Positions 8,737-19,714 are shown, numbered from the stretch's first letter. The stretch is DNA of 53,859 bases from Candidatus Micrarchaeota archaeon (GCA_026396285.1 JAPLXB010000024.1:1-53859); one strand, 5' to 3'. Notes: generated by a model not told the origin, from the letters alone. A program made the numbers and translations.

Positions 8737-8844
8737 TCACCTTAACCGAATGAAATATTGCGGAAAAAAAAACACCACGCGATAGGGGTGTGTTACGGGA
8801 AGAAAATGGTGCTCCGGGTTTTTAAAACCCGCGGCCGCCGCGTT

Positions 8845-9948
8845 TCACTCCATGAAATCCAAGTCAAGGTACTCCTTGAGCTCCTCGTCCTCGCTCTTCC
8901 TCTCCCTGGCCCCTGAAAGGACCGTAAGGACCATTGACTTGTTTTCAAAACCTTCCTCCACTGCCGCGCCCCAGATGACGTGCGAGTCGGGGTGAATCCT
9001 GGACGAAATGCTCTGAACCACGGCCTCTGCCTCGGCGAGGGTGAGGTCCGGCCCGCCGGTGATGTTGACGAGCGCTTTTTTGACTTCGCTCAGGTCGCAG
9101 TCAATCAACGGCGACGAAAGCGCCTTTTCGGCGGCGTCCAAAAAGCGTTTTCCCGGCTCGCCGTCCTCCACTTCGCCCAAGCCGATTACCGCGCTCCCGC
9201 TTTTTTCAAGAATCGTCCTCAAGTCGGCGAAGTCCAGGTTGACCAAACCGGGTTTTGTGACGAGCTCGGCGATTCCCTTTACTGCGTTGGCGAGCACCAT
9301 GTCCGCTGCCTTGAACGCCGCGTTCAACGGCAAGTCAGGGACGTACGTCAGCAGGCGGTCGTTTGGAATCGCGATAACTGTGTCCGCGTTTTTCTTCAGT
9401 TTCTCCAAGCCGTCCAGCGCGTTTTTCGCCCGCTGCGGGCCCTCTGAAGTGAACGGCATGGTGACAACCGCGATGACGAGGGCGCCCCCCGCCTTCGCGG
9501 CCTCCGCAATAACGTGGGCAGAGCCCGTGCCAGTGCCTCCGCCGAGGCCGCACGTAACGAAAACCATGTCCGAGCCGATGAGGAATTTTTTCAAGTCCTC
9601 TTTTGACTCCTCCGCCGCTTCTTCGCCGACTTGGGGCACGCTTCCTGCGCCGAGCCCCCGCGTGCGCTTTTTTCCCAGCAACAGCTTCCGTTCAGCCCTT
9701 GTCTTGAGGAGGTGCTGGGCGTCGGTATTCATGGCGAGGAGCGTCGTTCCCTCGACGCCGATTTCACTCATCCTGGTAATCGTGTTTGAGCCAGACCCGC
9801 CGGTTCCGACGACGAGTATCCGCGGCTTGGTCTGCTCAAGGAAGGCCATCAGTTCCCCGTCGTCCCCCGAAGCCACGGGCTGGGGCGCCATGACCTGGAT
9901 TTGGCGGCTGCCGAACAGTTTCTCGAACTTCTCGAGTTCCGGGCTCAT
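8845..9948 (-). CDS. ftsZ: Cell division protein FtsZ
   Basis: VVGTGGSGSN, NTDAQHL, GLGAG, GLGGGTGTG tubulin signature, NLDFADL T7 loop. Confidence 0.97.
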   Translation of the reverse strand: MSPELEKFEKLFGSRQIQVMAPQPVASGDDGELMAFLEQTKPRILVVGTGGSGSNTITRMSEIGVEGTTLLAMNTDAQHLLKTRAERKLLLGKKRTRGLGAGSVPQVGEEAAEESKEDLKKFLIGSDMVFVTCGLGGGTGTGSAHVIAEAAKAGGALVIAVVTMPFTSEGPQRAKNALDGLEKLKKNADTVIAIPNDRLLTYVPDLPLNAAFKAADMVLANAVKGIAELVTKPGLVNLDFADLRTILEKSGSAVIGLGEVEDGEPGKRFLDAAEKALSSPLIDCDLSEVKKALVNITGGPDLTLAEAEAVVQSISSRIHPDSHVIWGAAVEEGFENKSMVLTVLSGARERKSEDEELKEYLDLDFME

Positions 9949-10081
9949 GCGGACTCCGTTTTCGCCGGGCAGCGGCTCCGCTGCTTACGGCCTATTCTCA
10001 CTTTCGATGGGTGATGAGAGCAATTTCTCGGCGTATAAAAGCGTTGCGCTATGGGGCTGCCTTTAATGAGTACTGCACCAG

Positions 10082-10477
10082 CTATTTTTTTGAAGCCTTT
10101 TTTGAAGACTGCCTCAGTGCTTCCTTTAGTGCGGCTATACGGGCCTGGATTGAACCCTCTAGTCTCTGCCGGTACTCTTTTTTTGAAACTTCGCCGGGCT
10201 GTTGAGTGTGATATTTGACGAGTGCTTCTACGCGGCTTTTTGACTCCTGAACCGATTTTATTTCTTGAGCGATGACCTTTTTTGCTTCCTTATTCAAACG
10301 GCCTGTTTTTATGGATTTATCCAAGTCGGCATGCGCTTTTTTCAGCGAAGCAGCTAGTGGGGCAAAATCCGGCTTGTTCTTTACGAGTTCCAAATTACTA
10401 GCGTGAAAATCCCGCGAATTTTCCAACGCCCTCAGGACAACCGGGTGAAAAGCACCGCGCCTTTCCGGAACCGCCAT
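10082..10477 (-). CDS. Basic helical orphan hypothetical protein
   Basis: 131-aa Lys-rich ORF with a GGTGG SD and an upstream TTTAATA box; more AT-rich than its neighbours. Confidence 0.6.
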   Translation of the reverse strand: MAVPERRGAFHPVVLRALENSRDFHASNLELVKNKPDFAPLAASLKKAHADLDKSIKTGRLNKEAKKVIAQEIKSVQESKSRVEALVKYHTQQPGEVSKKEYRQRLEGSIQARIAALKEALRQSSKKASKK

Positions 10478-10591
10478 TCAAACCACCAATCAAAGGGGGC
10501 GGACCGGGTATTAAAGTCTTTTTAGAATCGCCCGTGCTGGACCGTCTGCGAGCGCTTTTTTAATTCACGGCAGTGAAGCTTTCGTGATGCA

Positions 10592-11539
10592 ATGATTCCG
10601 GCTGTCGAAAAAGCTTTCCGCCAGGTGAAGGCGCTTAAAATCCAGGGCGCGGAGGCGGTGGCGCGCGAAATGGTCAGGGCCCTGGCAGAGGAAATGAAGG
10701 CAGTAGAAGCCGGCTCGCGCGAGGATTTCCTGCGGCGGATGAAAAAAACCGCGGTGGTTTTGACGTCCGCGCGGCCTACCGAGCCCGCGCTGCGGCACGC
10801 GATGCGTTTCATGCTTTTTCAGGCGAGGAAGAACCCGTCGCAGGACGCTGGAGAATTGAAGAAGGCGGTTGCGCGCGAGGCTAAGGCGTTTGAAAAAACC
10901 GCATTGGAAAACAAGGCGAAAATCGCGTTGTTCGGTTCAAGGCTCGTTCCCCATGGCGCTTCCGTGCTGGTGCACTGCCACAGTTCAACGATTGTCAGGG
11001 TGCTGAAGAAAGCCGCGGATGACGGGAAACGGATCCGCGTTTACTGCACCGAAACGAGGCCGCGGTACCAGGGGCGGGTGACTGCCCGGGAGTTGGGCGA
11101 CTACGGGATAAAAACCACGCTGGTGGTTGATTCCGCGGCCAATTACGTGCTTTCGCGCATGAAAGACACCGACGTCGTGCTGGTTGGCGCGGACGCGATC
11201 ACCGCGACCGGCGACTTGGTGAACAAGGTCGGGACGTCGCTTATTGCCGCGGCGGCCAACGAGCACGGGATACCGTTGTACTCGTGCACCGCGACCCACA
11301 AGTACGACCCGCTTACGCTCTATGGCGTTCCGGAGTTGATTGAAATGCGGCCGCGGGAGGAGATAATTGACAGGGGCATGCGGGGGTTTGGGAAAGTGGA
11401 TGTCCTTAACCCGGCGTTTGACGTTACGCCGGCGAGGCACGTCGCCGCCTACGTCACTGAAATCGGGGTGCTGCCGCCCCAGGCCCTGGCGACGGCGGTG
11501 TGGAAGGAGTATGGTTTGGACAAGGAGGAACTGTTTTAA
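10592..11539 (+). CDS. Ribose-1,5-bisphosphate isomerase (eIF-2B alpha family)
   Basis: IQGA, ARPTEPALR, VHCHSS (catalytic Cys), ETRP, VGADAI (catalytic Asp), NKVGT, NPAFDVTP; adjacent to AMP phosphorylase. Confidence 0.88.
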   Translation: MIPAVEKAFRQVKALKIQGAEAVAREMVRALAEEMKAVEAGSREDFLRRMKKTAVVLTSARPTEPALRHAMRFMLFQARKNPSQDAGELKKAVAREAKAFEKTALENKAKIALFGSRLVPHGASVLVHCHSSTIVRVLKKAADDGKRIRVYCTETRPRYQGRVTARELGDYGIKTTLVVDSAANYVLSRMKDTDVVLVGADAITATGDLVNKVGTSLIAAAANEHGIPLYSCTATHKYDPLTLYGVPELIEMRPREEIIDRGMRGFGKVDVLNPAFDVTPARHVAAYVTEIGVLPPQALATAVWKEYGLDKEELF

Positions 11540-11608
11540 TTCGTTTGCACCGAAACCTGGTTTGAGCAGGAGTTTTGGCGCATCGGTTCGGGAAATGTTT
11601 TTTGGGAG

Positions 11609-13123
11609 TTGGTTTTGTTGAAGAAACTCGTCGCCCGGATTTATGAGATTGAACAGGGGCAGAACCAGGTCGTACTCAGCGAGAAGGACGCGCAGGAACT
11701 GTCCCTCGAGGTGTTTGACCGCGTGTGCCTCCGCACGAACGGTAATTCCATCACCGCGATGGTGGGCCATTCGGAGAGTTTCGTCAAGCCCGGCGAAATC
11801 CTGCTTTTCTACGAGGCGGCAAAGAACCTCAAGGCCTATCCGGGGCAGGAGGTGGGCATCGAGCCCGCGCAAAAGCCTCCATCCATAGATTACATACGGA
11901 ACAAGCTCGACGGAAAGACGCTTTCCAACTCGCAGATCGGCGAGATAGTCTCCGACCTTATGAGTGAGAAGCTTTCAACGGCCGAGCTTTCCGCGTTCGT
12001 TTCAGCTGTCCACATCCGAGGCCTCTCCCCGCACGAGATTTCTTCTCTCGCGAACGCGATTTTCAAGTCAGGCAACCACCTCTCGTGGAAGAGCCGGAGG
12101 ATTGCGAGCATGCACAGCATCGGCGGGGTCGCCGGCGACCGGTCTACGATGTTGGTCGTGCCGATAATAGCTTCGGCGGGCATATTGATTCCAAAGACGG
12201 TTACGAGGGCGATAAGCTCGGCTTCGGGCACCGCCGACGCCATGGAGGTGCTGGCGCCGGTTTCGCTGACGACGCCCGAGATAAAGAAAGTGGTGGAAAA
12301 TACCGGAGGGTGCATCGTGTGGGGCGGGGCAGTCGACTTGGCAGTCGCCGACGACCGGCTCATCAAGATACGCAACCCGCTGCGCCTAGACCCCGAAGGC
12401 CTCGTTCTTTCCAGCATACTCGCAAAAAAGAAGGCGGAGGGCGTGAGGCACGTGCTGATTGACGTTCCGCTCGGAAGGGGCGCGAAGGTGGAGGATATGG
12501 ACAAGGCCCGTTTCCTGGCCCAGAACTTCAAGAACATAGGAAGCCACCTGGGCCTGAACGTGAAGTGCATAATTTCGGACGGCGCGACGCCGCTCCTGAG
12601 GACGGTAGGGCCCGCGCTCGAGGCAAGGGCAGTGCTTGAGATCCTCAAGGGCGGGGGCGGTGCGGCGCTCGCGGAGAAGTCATGCATAATAGCGGGCATG
12701 CTGATTTCGATGGCCGACGGCGTGAGCGAGGAGAAGGGAATCGAATTGGCGAAGAGGCAGCTCGGGTCCGGCAAGGCGCTGAAGAAAATGCGGGAAATAA
12801 TCAGCGCGCAGGGTGGGAATCCGGACGTCAAGCCGGAGGAAATAGAAATCGGTGGCGTGACAAAGTCGTTCTACGCCGCTGAGGACTGCACCGTTTCCCA
12901 CGTGGACAACCGGAACCTGGCCATGATTTCAAGGGCGTTGGGCGCGCCCGTGAACAAGAAGGCCGGCGTCATCCTGGCTTGCGAGAGGGGTGACAGGCTC
13001 AAGCGCGGGCGGGAGCTCTTCCGCCTCGTGACGACGGACAAGGCGAAACTCGATTTCGCGGAGTGCCGCCTAGCGCAGTTCCCGTTAATTCAGATGAAGC
13101 AGATAATACTCGACAAAATCTAG
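11609..13123 (+). CDS. deoA: AMP phosphorylase (thymidine phosphorylase family, archaeal type)
   Basis: N-terminal extension typical of AMPpase, HSIGGVAGDR, RAISSASGTADAMEVL, WGGAVDLAVADD, SILAKKKA, GPALEA. Confidence 0.9.
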   Translation: MVLLKKLVARIYEIEQGQNQVVLSEKDAQELSLEVFDRVCLRTNGNSITAMVGHSESFVKPGEILLFYEAAKNLKAYPGQEVGIEPAQKPPSIDYIRNKLDGKTLSNSQIGEIVSDLMSEKLSTAELSAFVSAVHIRGLSPHEISSLANAIFKSGNHLSWKSRRIASMHSIGGVAGDRSTMLVVPIIASAGILIPKTVTRAISSASGTADAMEVLAPVSLTTPEIKKVVENTGGCIVWGGAVDLAVADDRLIKIRNPLRLDPEGLVLSSILAKKKAEGVRHVLIDVPLGRGAKVEDMDKARFLAQNFKNIGSHLGLNVKCIISDGATPLLRTVGPALEARAVLEILKGGGGAALAEKSCIIAGMLISMADGVSEEKGIELAKRQLGSGKALKKMREIISAQGGNPDVKPEEIEIGGVTKSFYAAEDCTVSHVDNRNLAMISRALGAPVNKKAGVILACERGDRLKRGRELFRLVTTDKAKLDFAECRLAQFPLIQMKQIILDKI

Positions 13124-13132
13124 GCTCTTCTG

Positions 13133-13678
13133 GTGATGTTGTTGATAGAAGTGCGTTTCCATGGGCGGGGCGGACAGGGCGCGGTGACGAGTGCCGAGTT
13201 GCTGGCTGCCGCGGCTTTCCACGGAGGCAGGGAGGCGCAGGCTTTCCCGTTCTTCGGCGTGGAACGCAGGGGCGCGCCCGTGCAGGCGTTTTGCAGGATT
13301 GACGAGAAGAGGATACGGCTGCACCAGAACGTTTACGAACCGGACTATCTCGTGGTTTTGGACGACACGCTGTTTTCCTCGGTCAACATCTTCGAGGGGT
13401 TGAAGGAGAAGGGCGTCGTCCTCATCGCGAGCAAAAAGCCTGCAACCGACTTCAAGGCGCCGAAGCCGTCGCAGAAAGTGTTTACAGTCGACGCCTTCGG
13501 CATCGCGCGCAGCGTGCTAGGCAAGCCGATAGTAAACACCGCCGTGCTGGGTGCCTTTGCGAAAATCACGGGCCTCGTTACCGTCGACAACGTGAAGAAG
13601 GCGGTGCTTGAGCATTTCCCGCGCGAACTCGGGGAGAAAAACGCGCTCGCAGTGCAGAAATGCTACGATTCAGCCTGA
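13133..13678 (+). CDS. porG: Pyruvate:ferredoxin oxidoreductase gamma subunit
   Basis: EVRFHGRGGQGAVT, QAFPFFGVERRGAPV, YEPDYLVVLD, IVNTAVLGA. Confidence 0.95.
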   Translation: MMLLIEVRFHGRGGQGAVTSAELLAAAAFHGGREAQAFPFFGVERRGAPVQAFCRIDEKRIRLHQNVYEPDYLVVLDDTLFSSVNIFEGLKEKGVVLIASKKPATDFKAPKPSQKVFTVDAFGIARSVLGKPIVNTAVLGAFAKITGLVTVDNVKKAVLEHFPRELGEKNALAVQKCYDSA

Positions 13679-13688
13679 GCGCCCGTGC

Positions 13689-15578
13689 TTATTTTCCGAA
13701 CTCGCGCCTGATTCTAGCGAGCAGTGACTCGGTGCGCTTGCCCGGGACGAGCGAGTGCCTGAGGACGTCGTAAAAGTTGGCTACCGGCACAATCCGTATC
13801 TTCTTCATCTTCGCTTCGTCCAGGATGACGTCGCCCTCGTTCGCCTGGGGCACGAGGACCGTGGCAATCCCTCCCTCAATCGCCGCCTCCACCTTGGGTG
13901 TGACGCCGCCGACAGGCAGGACCTCTCCCCTGACCGACAGCGAGCCGGTCATTGCAACGGACTGGCGTATCGGAATGTCTTCAAGCGCCGAAATCACGGC
14001 CGTGGCGACGCTGACGCTGGCGGAGTCCCCCTCGACGCCCTCGTGGGTCTGGAGGAACTGGACGTGGATGTCGTAGTTTGAAATGTCCTTGCCAGTGTGT
14101 TTCTTGATTATGGCTGAAACGTTTTCAACAGCCTCGCGAGCGATTTCCCCGAGTTTGCCTGTGGCGATTATCTTGCCCTCCTGCTTGGATGAAGCCGGCG
14201 CGATTTCCGCGTTTATGGGCTGGATGATGCCGGCGTCGCTCATGACTGCAAGGCCGTTGACTTTTCCGATGCCCTGGCCCTTGGTGACGAACACGCGGTA
14301 GTCGCGCCTGATGTCAATGGCCTGCTGGGCCGCCTGCTGCTCCAGCGTCCTTGACGGGGCGCGGGCGCGCTCAACGTGCTTTCCCGTAACTGTTTTCGCG
14401 CCTTCTGTGCGCGCCAAGTCTCCTGCTGCGCGCACAAGGCCGCCGAGTTCCCTGAGTTTTGGCGTGAGCTTGTTTTTCCTCCCCGCCTTCCTCCGCGCGT
14501 CGGAAATTATTTCCTCTATCGCGCTGCGGTCAAAGTGCGGGATTTTGCCGTCCTTTTTCACTTCCTGGGCGATGAACTGGACGAGTTTCCTCCTGTTTTC
14601 CAGCGTGTCCTCGGTGGAGTCCTCCATGAACACCTCGTACCCGTATCCGCGTATCCTCGAGCGCAGCGCGGGGTGCATGCGCTGGACCGCCTGGTAGTTT
14701 CCTGCAGCCACGAGCACGAAGTCGCAAGGCACCGGTTCGGTGCGGACGAGCGCTCCGCTCGACAATTCGCTCTGGCCGGTTATCGGGTATTTCTTTTCCT
14801 GGAGCGCGGTGAGCAGCTCCTGCTGCGCCTTCGGCAAGAGGATGGCTATCTCGTCGATGAACAGCACTCCCTTGTGCGCGCGGTGGATTGCGCCCGCCTC
14901 TATGCGCAGGTGCGCGGGCGTCCCGAGGCCACCTGTCTGATAAGGGTCGTGCTTCACGTCGCCGAGCAGTGCGCCGGCCCTTGCGCCAGTCGCGTCCACG
15001 AACGGCGCCTTTTTCCTGCCCGCGTTGTCCACGATAAGTTTCGCAGACTCGGCCAGAACCGGCAGCCTCATCCTGCCGAGCTGGGCGCCGAACATCACTG
15101 CGGCGCCGACGACGAAGAGCGAAATAAGCAGCGCGGCAGTTATCACGTCTCCGAAGTTCTGCCTGCCGAAGAAAAGGATGAAGAACGATGCAAGGAACAG
15201 GAACGCTATCATGAGGACGCTCGCGTCCCCGCCTGCAACCCGGGCCTGAGCCTTCTGGGCCTCCATGATTTTCCTTCCTTCGCCGGCCTTGACCACGCGC
15301 ACGCGGGGTTTGTTCTCGTCCAACGGGTTTGCCACGACGAGCACGTCTTCCAGTTCCTCGGTCGTGAGCAGTTCGGTCATGGCCTGCGCGAGCATGCTTT
15401 TCCCGGTGCCGGGCAGGCCTACGAGCAGGACGTTCCTCTTTTGGGCGGCGGCCTTGCGGGTGATTTCAACGGCGTTCGCCTGGCCGATTACCTGGTCCAC
15501 GAGTTTTTCCGGCACCTTGACGTCGGCGGTGGTGGTTATCCCCTTCAAGTAATCCGGTTCGGTGCCCTTGCCTGCCAT
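13689..15578 (-). CDS. lonB: Membrane-anchored ATP-dependent protease LonB
   Basis: DQVIGQ, Walker A GLPGTGKS, two TM helices, Walker B VLFIDE, HPALRSR, catalytic GDSAS and GGVTPK; no intein. Confidence 0.96.
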   Translation of the reverse strand: MAGKGTEPDYLKGITTTADVKVPEKLVDQVIGQANAVEITRKAAAQKRNVLLVGLPGTGKSMLAQAMTELLTTEELEDVLVVANPLDENKPRVRVVKAGEGRKIMEAQKAQARVAGGDASVLMIAFLFLASFFILFFGRQNFGDVITAALLISLFVVGAAVMFGAQLGRMRLPVLAESAKLIVDNAGRKKAPFVDATGARAGALLGDVKHDPYQTGGLGTPAHLRIEAGAIHRAHKGVLFIDEIAILLPKAQQELLTALQEKKYPITGQSELSSGALVRTEPVPCDFVLVAAGNYQAVQRMHPALRSRIRGYGYEVFMEDSTEDTLENRRKLVQFIAQEVKKDGKIPHFDRSAIEEIISDARRKAGRKNKLTPKLRELGGLVRAAGDLARTEGAKTVTGKHVERARAPSRTLEQQAAQQAIDIRRDYRVFVTKGQGIGKVNGLAVMSDAGIIQPINAEIAPASSKQEGKIIATGKLGEIAREAVENVSAIIKKHTGKDISNYDIHVQFLQTHEGVEGDSASVSVATAVISALEDIPIRQSVAMTGSLSVRGEVLPVGGVTPKVEAAIEGGIATVLVPQANEGDVILDEAKMKKIRIVPVANFYDVLRHSLVPGKRTESLLARIRREFGK

Positions 15579-15672
15579 TGGAAAAACCTTTTCAGAAAAA
15601 ACCCGGTCCCCAGCACGCTTGCCGCAGGATTCAATCGCTTTTGAAAAACTTGCCTTTTCTTTATTAAATACG

Positions 15673-17265
15673 TTATCCCGGCGGATACTTGTGTCGCGGC
15701 CTTTCCTGCTTGCCGGATAATCTTGAGAACACCAGTATGGCGAACGCGGCGATGCAGGCGGCCAGCACTGCGCCGAGCGCGAACTTGCCGTACCACGCCA
15801 CGACCGCGCCGGTCTGCGTCGGTTCGCCGACGCTGAGCGCCGCCATCATCGTCGCCAGCGCATATGCCGCGAGGAGCACTGCCAGGAACTGATTTTTGAC
15901 CGTCACGTGCGCGAATGGAAAGCGGCGGATGACGTGCAGCGTGGTGTATACGCTTTTCGCCAAGCCCCTTGTCAAGAAGACGAATGCAATGGTGATTATG
16001 CCGACAACGACAGCAATCCACAATAATTCGCAGGAAACCTTGCCTACGACAGGCACATCGTACTCGCACTGCCCGCCCCATATTTCAATCGGCCCGCCGG
16101 CGCACTCACCCCTCGCTTCAGTGAGCTTGTCTTCACACTCCTTTTTTTCCTTGCCGCGCGCGTCCTCGCAGTTTTTCACGCTCTCGTCATAGCATGGGGC
16201 CGCGCCCGGCGGCGGGCTTACTGCCGGCGTTGGGGCGGCGCTCGGCCGCGCAGTCGGCGTCGGGGTAGGCGGGAAAGGAACGAGGCACGGGAGCGCAGTC
16301 GGAGAAGGCACGCCATACGGACAGTATGGAATGACTATCGGCGGCGCGGTCGTCGGGACAGGAGTGGCTGTAGGAGCAGGAGTGACTGTAGGCGTGGGCG
16401 TCACTGCCCCGATTCCGGCGAAAAACGAATCTGATGCCCAGGAGCTGCATGCGCCGAGGGAATCGCAGGTCCTCACGCGCCACGTGTTGTAAGAGGGGGA
16501 GCCGAGGCCGGAAACGTTTTTCGGCGACGTGGCGTTTTCAATCGGGTCGCTGTTCAACTGGAACTCGTCATGGGCCGGGTCGCCGTCGGAATCGGTTCCG
16601 GAAGCCCATTGCAGGGTGGCGTTGGTGTCCTGCGTGTCCGGTTCGCTAACGAGCACCGGGGAAGAGGGGGGATTGTTGTACACGGAAAACGTGTTGTCCG
16701 CCCAGCCAGAGCAGCACCAGTTGTTGCACGTCCTCAAGCGCCACGTGTGGGACGAGTAAGACAAGCCGGAAACGTTTTTCGGCGACGTCTCGTTTGACAC
16801 TGTCCCGGCGTCGAGTTGGAATTCGTCATGAGTTGTCAGGCTGTTGTTGTCGGTTCCGGACGCCCATTGAAGCGAGGCACTGGAGTAGTGAGTGTTCGGT
16901 TCCGCGGTCAGGGCTGGCTGGTCCGGTGGCTGGCAAATAATTATGTTCACGTAGGCCGCGAAGAACTGGTCGGCGGTCCCGGAAGCGGTCCCGGACGCAC
17001 CGCCCTTTGAAGCGTAGCAGGCGACGTTCCCGCCAGCGGGAAGGTTGAGGTTTGCGACCACGTAGTAACCGCCGGAGTCCGTGGCCATTGTCCCGCTGCA
17101 GCCGGTGCCGGAGCAGCCGAGGACGTAGACGCTTACCGAGGCGTTTTTGACAAGCGAGCCGGTGACGTTGAAGACGTATCCCTCGGCGGTGCCCATGTAG
17201 ATTGCCGAAGCCGCGTGCGCAATGAGGATGATGACTGCGAGCGGCGCCAGGCCCGTTAAGCGCAT
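15673..17265 (-). CDS. Surface protein: signal peptide, two tandem FN3-like repeats, Pro/Thr linker, Cys-rich segment, C-terminal TM helices
   Basis: Repeated LQWASGTD...HDEFQL...TSPKNVSGL...TWR.RTC units; PTPT linker; three hydrophobic C-terminal segments. Confidence 0.75.
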   Translation of the reverse strand: MRLTGLAPLAVIILIAHAASAIYMGTAEGYVFNVTGSLVKNASVSVYVLGCSGTGCSGTMATDSGGYYVVANLNLPAGGNVACYASKGGASGTASGTADQFFAAYVNIIICQPPDQPALTAEPNTHYSSASLQWASGTDNNSLTTHDEFQLDAGTVSNETSPKNVSGLSYSSHTWRLRTCNNWCCSGWADNTFSVYNNPPSSPVLVSEPDTQDTNATLQWASGTDSDGDPAHDEFQLNSDPIENATSPKNVSGLGSPSYNTWRVRTCDSLGACSSWASDSFFAGIGAVTPTPTVTPAPTATPVPTTAPPIVIPYCPYGVPSPTALPCLVPFPPTPTPTARPSAAPTPAVSPPPGAAPCYDESVKNCEDARGKEKKECEDKLTEARGECAGGPIEIWGGQCEYDVPVVGKVSCELLWIAVVVGIITIAFVFLTRGLAKSVYTTLHVIRRFPFAHVTVKNQFLAVLLAAYALATMMAALSVGEPTQTGAVVAWYGKFALGAVLAACIAAFAILVFSRLSGKQERPRHKYPPG

Positions 17266-17289
17266 GGAATTATTGGATACGGTCTTCTT

Positions 17290-17907
17290 TTAACCGCTGC
17301 GGAGGGCGGTCCGGTTGTATGCCAGGAGCGTGCCCGCAGGGTCGGTGGCGTAAATGAACTGCCCCTCGCCCATGAAAATTTTCGTGAACGGGTTTTGGGC
17401 CGCGCGCGGGCTGTACAGCACGAATTCCTGGGAGGACGCGTTCCATTTCATCAGGTAGCGGAAGGCGCTCTCGTTGAAGTAGACGGATATGTTTGACGTG
17501 AACTCGTACGGGTACGCAGGCGCGTTCCATCCCTGGGACAGCGAGATGTTCGTGTCGTTTGCGAACGGCCCGCCGAGGTAGAGCGTCGCAGGCGAGATGA
17601 GATAAACGAAGTAGCTGCGGTTCATTTCCAGGTAGGCGAACGGGTTTTGGGCCGCGCGCGGGCTGTATATGCCGAATTCTTGGGCGGACTCGTTCCACTG
17701 CATTACGTACCGGTAGTCTATTCCTGCAAGGACCGACTGGACGGATTTGTTGGCGGGCTCGCTGCACATGGAAAAGAGGTTCCAGCCGGGCAGCAGGTCT
17801 ATTTTGCACGCGGACCAGACGAAAGCCCCTACAAAACCCTGCGCGCCGGAGGCGCAGGCCGCGAGCGCGAGCAGCACAAGGGCGCCGGCGAGGCGTTTGT
17901 TTTCCAT
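17290..17907 (-). CDS. Secreted protein with two tandem repeats of about 84 aa (L..GWN...W...YSPRAAQNPF)
   Basis: Signal peptide; the duplicated unit is visible in both protein and DNA. Confidence 0.75.
   Translation of the reverse strand: MENKRLAGALVLLALAACASGAQGFVGAFVWSACKIDLLPGWNLFSMCSEPANKSVQSVLAGIDYRYVMQWNESAQEFGIYSPRAAQNPFAYLEMNRSYFVYLISPATLYLGGPFANDTNISLSQGWNAPAYPYEFTSNISVYFNESAFRYLMKWNASSQEFVLYSPRAAQNPFTKIFMGEGQFIYATDPAGTLLAYNRTALRSG
17386..17667. repeat. Perfect 30-bp direct repeat inside the coding sequence (17386-17415 and 17638-17667)
   Basis: gaacgggttttgggccgcgcgcgggctgta occurs twice, 252 nt apart. Confidence 0.9.
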
Positions 17908-17949
17908 GAAAGTGTTTAAAACACGCTCATAAAAATCAATTGTGGTCCC

Positions 17950-18837
17950 ATGATCCGCGTCGTCGTCTTAGGCTCAAGCGCAAGCGCACCCTCTAAAGAC
18001 TGTTTTCCAAGCTGTTTCGCCGTGAAATACGGGCCGGTGCTCCTGTTCGACTGCTGCGAGGGAGCACAGAAGCAGATGATGCGCTACAAGATAAGCTACT
18101 CCCGGACGAAGGCGATTTTCCTGACGCACCTGCACGCGGACCACTTCCTCGGCGTATTCGGCCTCGTGCAGACCATGAACCTGAGCGGCAGGAAGGAGCC
18201 GCTGCAGATTTTCGGGCCGCGCGGGACCAAGAAATTCTTTGAAACGATTTTTTCCCTGCGCCACCTCGCGCCCCAGTTCCCGGTGGAGGCGCGCGACGTT
18301 TCAACAGGGAAAATCTTTGAAGAGGACTTGTTCGAGGTAAGGCCGTTCGCGGTCAAGCACGCCGGCCCCTCGCTCGGCTATGTCCTGGAGCAAAAGCCCT
18401 ATAGGCGCTTCGACGAGGAAAAGGCGCGTAAGGCGGGGATCCGGGGGCGGCTGTTCACAGACATACAGGAGAAGGGAAGGGTAACCGCCGGCGGGAAAAC
18501 AATCGAATACGACGACGTGACCTACGTCCAGCAGGGGAAGAAAATCGTTTACACCGGGGACACGCTGCCGTGCGCTTCCATAGCCGGGGAAGCCAAGGAC
18601 GCGGACCTCCTCGTCCACGACGCGTGCTTCGCCGACGAGGACAAGGAAATGGCCGCGGAAAAGAAGCACGCCACCTCGCGCCAGGCCGCCGAGGCAGCGA
18701 AAAAGGCGGGGGCGAAAAAACTGCTGCTTACGCATTTCAGCAACCGCTACGACGACCGCAAGCCCCTCTTGGAGGAAGCTAGAAAAATCTTTCCCGACTC
18801 AATTCTTGCAGAGGAAGGGCTTGAACTCCTGATATGA
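17950..18837 (+). CDS. rnz: Ribonuclease Z
   Basis: LFDCCEG, THLHADH, flexible-arm insertion, YTGDT, HAT, LTHFSNRY. Confidence 0.93.
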   Translation: MIRVVVLGSSASAPSKDCFPSCFAVKYGPVLLFDCCEGAQKQMMRYKISYSRTKAIFLTHLHADHFLGVFGLVQTMNLSGRKEPLQIFGPRGTKKFFETIFSLRHLAPQFPVEARDVSTGKIFEEDLFEVRPFAVKHAGPSLGYVLEQKPYRRFDEEKARKAGIRGRLFTDIQEKGRVTAGGKTIEYDDVTYVQQGKKIVYTGDTLPCASIAGEAKDADLLVHDACFADEDKEMAAEKKHATSRQAAEAAKKAGAKKLLLTHFSNRYDDRKPLLEEARKIFPDSILAEEGLELLI

Positions 18838-18856
18838 GCCCGCGAAGCGCGGCACC

Positions 18857-19714
18857 GTGATTGCTTTGGACAAGAAAATGCTTGAAAAAAGGGAAATGCA
18901 GGTCGCGGCAGCCGCGGGCATAGTCATAATCCTGTTCCTAGTCTTTTATTTCGCAGGATACGGCGTACTGAATTATTTCACGACTGGCGACTGGACCGGA
19001 GCCTACAACGTGGACGGCCTCAAAATCTACAGCGCCGAGCAGCCGCGGGCCGCGCTCGCGAAAATCCTGTCCGGCAAATCCTTCCTCATAGAGGAGCAAC
19101 TGTTTCCCAACAAGGGCGATGAACGCACAATCGCGGTCGGCATAGTCGGCGCGGAACTGGCGTACGCACTGGCCGCACACAACAAGTCCGCCAATGCCTA
19201 TGGAACCGTGGATGGCGTGCCCTCTGTCAACTGCAACGCCAACACGAGCAACTGCACCGGCTCGAACATCATGGTCGGAATAAGCGACTGCAATTGCATG
19301 CGCATCAGCGGCGACAAGGTCGAGATATCCGGCGGCGCCAAGTTCCTCCGCGACAACGCGGTCAAGTTCTACGGAATCTTTCAACTTGTGTTGAATGACA
19401 TCGCGCCCACGCCGCTGCCCGCGCCAACTATTCCGGTTGTTTCGCCTGAGGCCGCAACGCCGGAACCAACCGCGCCCGCGTGCACTGTTGACTCAAACTG
19501 CTCAACTGGCGGGCCGTATGGGATAATATGCGGGCCGGCAGACCAAGTGGGCAACCTCAGCACCGAAGGCGAATGGAAGCCGGAATACAAGTGCTTTGAA
19601 AAGGAAGCCAACGCAACGTCATGCAAGTGCATGGCCGGAAAATGCAGGTGGGAACGCACGCCCGCGTTCTGCGAGTGCGGGAAAAGCTACAACAAGACGT
19701 TCACAGGCTGCTAG
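18857..19714 (+). CDS. Membrane-anchored exported protein with a C-terminal Cys-cluster domain
   Basis: N-terminal TM, Pro/Thr linker, C..DSNC.TGG...CG...W.PEY.C...C.C..G.C.W resembling archaeal eight-cysteine-cluster domains. Start uncertain (18857 or 18878). Confidence 0.65.
   Translation: MIALDKKMLEKREMQVAAAAGIVIILFLVFYFAGYGVLNYFTTGDWTGAYNVDGLKIYSAEQPRAALAKILSGKSFLIEEQLFPNKGDERTIAVGIVGAELAYALAAHNKSANAYGTVDGVPSVNCNANTSNCTGSNIMVGISDCNCMRISGDKVEISGGAKFLRDNAVKFYGIFQLVLNDIAPTPLPAPTIPVVSPEAATPEPTAPACTVDSNCSTGGPYGIICGPADQVGNLSTEGEWKPEYKCFEKEANATSCKCMAGKCRWERTPAFCECGKSYNKTFTGC

Noticed and set aside
8815-8831. Near-palindrome CGGGTTTTTAAAACCCG as a special operator
   Set aside because: Adequately explained as a TATA box upstream of secE; similar TTTAAA boxes occur before many genes in the window.
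13689-15578. Intein in LonB
   Set aside because: Length is normal and there are no intein terminal or LAGLIDADG motifs.
9041-15644. Long antisense ORFs (for example 9041-10066, 10985-11872, 11890-12831, 14376-15644)
   Set aside because: Shadow frames of well-supported genes, expected in high-GC DNA; no recognisable motifs.
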